A stretch of 64,000 bases of DNA, taken from NCBI GenBank assembly GCA_964016885.1, contig OZ024743.1, forward strand, positions 262,694,001 through 262,758,000, given 5' to 3'. A program made the translations under genes and the position numbers. Positions 60,560-64,000 of this stretch are shown piece by piece (position 1 is the first letter of the stretch; each line of letters opens with the position of its first letter). Source of the DNA: Eledone cirrhosa (taxonomy: Eukaryota). The notes below the pieces were generated by a model. It saw nothing but the letters and a program-made list of their open reading frames with translations, did no database searches and was not told where the DNA came from.

Positions 60560-61995
60560 TAATATGCAATTTCGAAACTCTATTAATAATTAATAATTAT
60601 GGTAATTTAATTAATAAGAAAAATGAGTTATTTGCATCTTGCCTCCACAAATCTGCAAAAACATTTCAAGCATCATATAAATTTAGAAAAAAACAGTGAG
60701 TGAGTGAAAGAAAAAATATTGACTTTTATTAATAATTCTTGAAATGCTACTGTTGTTATTATGTATGATGTTTTACCTTACCTTATAAAATTGCATATTG
60801 GTTCTTTTATATAGTAAGTTAATCTCATGATTGACTAAATACCTTTAGTTCGGTTTTAGAATCGTCTTTGTATAACTTGAATTTTCTAAGTTTGCGATTT
60901 GAAATACCTCATGGCTTCAAAGCATTTAGCTAATTTAAATGATCAGATATGCTGTACGGAGTTCATTTGTTTACATTCATCGTATATAATTTTCGTTTTA
61001 TCCAAATGGATTAATAATGTATATTTAACATAATTTATACTGTTGCATATAGTAAGATTTGGTTGAATCGAAATAATAATACTTTCAAGAGGAAATATAA
61101 CTATTAATTAATCCTATATGTAATTGACAACTATTGATTTAAACTGTTTGTAATGTTTTTAATGTTAATAATTCTAAACATTATATAAAATGCATATACA
61201 GATGGTGATATGCGATTAAGTTATTATAAATATCCTCATACATATTTACTATATTTGTAAACTTCATTGGTAGGTTAAAATGTCTCCGATTTTTGAATTT
61301 TGTAACAAAATATTGAATATATTTATTAATTTAACTATGCTTCTGATTATCATTGAAAATATTTTATATTGTTTAATTTTGATATAATATATTAGTAGAA
61401 TTTGCTCAAACATAACCAAATACAATAGATAGTAAAAATTTCACGGTATTTAATTGGTCGCTTCTACCTGACTTAATATTTGAAAACAACTGTCACGCAT
61501 CATGTCCTCTCTTCTTTCTTTCTTTCCTGTTGCAGTTACGTATTCCATCCTCTCTTTTATCTCCCTCCTTCTTTTTATCTTTTTTCCCTCTTCTGTTATA
61601 TTTGGCACTCCCTCTCTCTCTTCTGTTTCTTCTCTAACATGGATATTTACGCATTTAAATATTTAACATTTATGTACTTATGTGTTTATTTATTTCTTCT
61701 ATATTTTCTCATACTCACCCCCTTTTGATACTTATATCTCGCTCCACATTCCTCTCTTCATCATATTTAGTTTGTCATGTTATTTCTTGTGGTATATAAA
61801 TATTGAGTTTTGTTGCAATAAATCACTGCCAAGACTGGAATTGAACCATCAAGACAGTTGAGGTATGTCATACATCAATTCATGTATTTTATCTGATGAG
61901 GACGTACTGAAAAAAACACCACACTACCTCCGAAATATATATAATAAAACATATTTTGATTATGTGAATGTCTTCATTTGTTAATATTTTGAATA
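60560..61995 (+). mobile_element. 5'-truncated PLE 3' end with HHR at 61887-61949
   Basis: ICNFETLLII..LINKKNELFASCLH; ttttat CTGATGA ggacgta..tacctcc GAAA tatata TA ataaaa; continuity of the intervening DNA is assumed. Confidence 0.6.
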
Positions 61996-62015
61996 TATAT
62001 ATATAAATATATACA

Positions 62016-62077
<62 letters not shown>

Positions 62078-62086
62078 ATACACACA

Positions 62087-62127
<41 letters not shown>

Positions 62128-62198
62128 TATATACAGTATATATACAGTATATATATATATAAATACATATATATATACAGTATATATATATATATACA

Positions 62199-62250
<52 letters not shown>

Positions 62251-62348
62251 TATATATATATATATACAGTGTATATATATATATATATATATACACAGTA
62301 TATATATACAGTATCATCATCATCATCGTTTATATATATATATATATA

Positions 62349-62427
<79 letters not shown>

Positions 62428-62442
62428 TATATACATATATAT

Positions 62443-63324
62443 AGGTGTGTCAGAAAAGTTCCAGACTGATGTCACAAAAGATTTATTTCAAACCCAAACT
62501 TCACACTAAGAGTTTTCTCCTTCAAAATAATCCCCCTGGAGTCTAATGCACTTTTCTATCCCTTTCTGCCACGCTTGCATGCACTCCTGGAAGGATTCTT
62601 CCGGGATCCTCCGCAGTTCCGTCGTCACGGCCTTTTTGATGTCGTCCACGTCTTCAAAATGGGTCCCCTCCAGGTCGTACTCGAAGATGCATGACTCATC
62701 ACCGGTGATGACTGTCCCTAGCAAGTCTGGTTCGGTTTCAAGACGCTCGAGGATGTCCTGGCACACTTGCATATGTCAACCCTTCTGGTCATCGTTCAGC
62801 AGTTTTGGCATCATCTTCGCGCAGACTTTCCGCATATCCAAATCTTCAGTGAGAATCTTCCAGACACTGTCCCGATTCATGCCCAGCTCATTTGCCATCA
62901 GTCGAACAGTCAGCCGACGATCGCTACGCACCATCTGCCTGACGCGCTCAATGTTGACCTCAGTCCTGGTTGTTGAGGCCTTCCGCTCTTGGGGTCATCT
63001 TGCACCACTCAAAAACACGTGAGCGTGACATCGTCTCATCTCCATACACTTGCTGCAGCAATCCCAGAGCTTCTGACGGAGTTTTCCCCAACCGTACCAG
63101 AAACTTCAAGTTTGTCGGTTGCTCTGTGCTCATTGCTTGACAACCTGAAACAGAGGACATGTATATAAAATTATGAAGAAAAAAGTTTGATCGCTGCAGA
63201 GAGCTAAGATTACAGTTACATACTCCAGGGGGATAACTTTGAAGGAGAAAACTCTTAGTATGAAGTTTGGGTTTGAAATAAATCTTGTGTGACATCAGTC
63301 CTGGAACTTTTCTGACACACCTCG
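62443..63324 (-). mobile_element. Internally deleted mariner with ~100-bp TIRs
   Basis: TIR aggtgtgtcagaaaagttccag../..ctggaacttttctgacacacctcg|TA; KFLVRLGKT..VYGDETMSRSRVFEW; ITGDESCIFEYD joined to GTHFED..GDYFEG. Confidence 0.92.
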
Positions 63325-63489
63325 TATATATATATACAGCATATATATATATATATATATTTTAATAAATATATATATATAAAGATTTACATATACACAA
63401 ACTAAACAAAGTCACAGATATATATGTGGCAACCATTCACGATGTGGCTCAATGAAGAATTAATAAATTAAATAATCAGAGCAATATAT

Positions 63490-64000
63490 CATAAAGTATG
63501 TCCATAGAATCATTTGATAATATATATACACCATTTCCTCTCCCAATTAGCATAATTAACCACATAAAAAATCATTTTGAATCTGTTTCTGGCGGGGATC
63601 GCTTTGGAAAATTACCTGTCCTATGAGTTTGTTTCCTGACGAGTTCGAAACTCGAGATTTTATCCTTAATAGGATATCTTAAAACGTGAACGAAACCCGA
63701 GGGTAGAGACATAATCCTGGTAAGAGTGTACGCATTTCTTCTAACTTTAATTTTATACCTAATTGTGTATGGTTGACGGTATATTTAGTCAGTTTCCACG
63801 TGCTGTTGAAATGTTGGGTAAATATTCTATTGCGGTCGGCCGCGAAGAGGCTGGTGTCGTTTATTTATCAAATATTTCTTCATAGGAGCCTTTAATCTTA
63901 TAGCCTGGTCTAATTGATATTTTTATGTGGTTAATTATGCTAATTGGGAAAGGAAATGGTGTATATATATTATCAAATGATTCTATGGACATACTTTATG
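63490..64000. repeat. Inverted repeat (63490-63575 / 63915-64000, runs off window) enclosing an HHR
   Basis: cataaagtatgtccatagaatc..ccacataaaaa versus its reverse complement at the window end. Confidence 0.85.
63630..63711 (+). ncRNA. Hammerhead ribozyme with extended stem II
   Basis: tgtttc CTGACGA gttcg..tatcct taat aggata..tgaac GAAA cccgagg GTA gagaca. Confidence 0.75.

Overview
AT-rich, microsatellite-dense metazoan DNA, most likely a coleoid cephalopod such as an octopus (inferred from the SINE, RTE and microsatellite landscape). I recognised no host exon; nearly all long ORFs in the track are microsatellite translations or decayed transposon ORFs. The window holds several Penelope-like elements (PLEs; RT + GIY-YIG), a near full-length RTE LINE with fragments, Tx1/L1 and CRE remnants, mariner and DD37D transposons, two tRNA-headed SINE families, and a ~5 kb TA array containing an assembly gap. 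The main hidden layer is about 20 type-I hammerhead ribozyme (HHR) motifs, found by eye, in PLE pseudo-LTRs and in short non-coding retrozyme-like units, nearly all beside (TA)n. Notable points: (1) a young family has a U3-A8 covariant core (UUGAGAA); (2) a conserved RCTC..GAGYRCT tail hairpin is shared by dissimilar families, and many copies end just upstream of it; (3) several inversions turn around at ribozyme stem II; (4) ~430-bp non-coding HHR units conserve an ATGCAAAT octamer. Coordinates are hand-indexed and may be off by a few nt.
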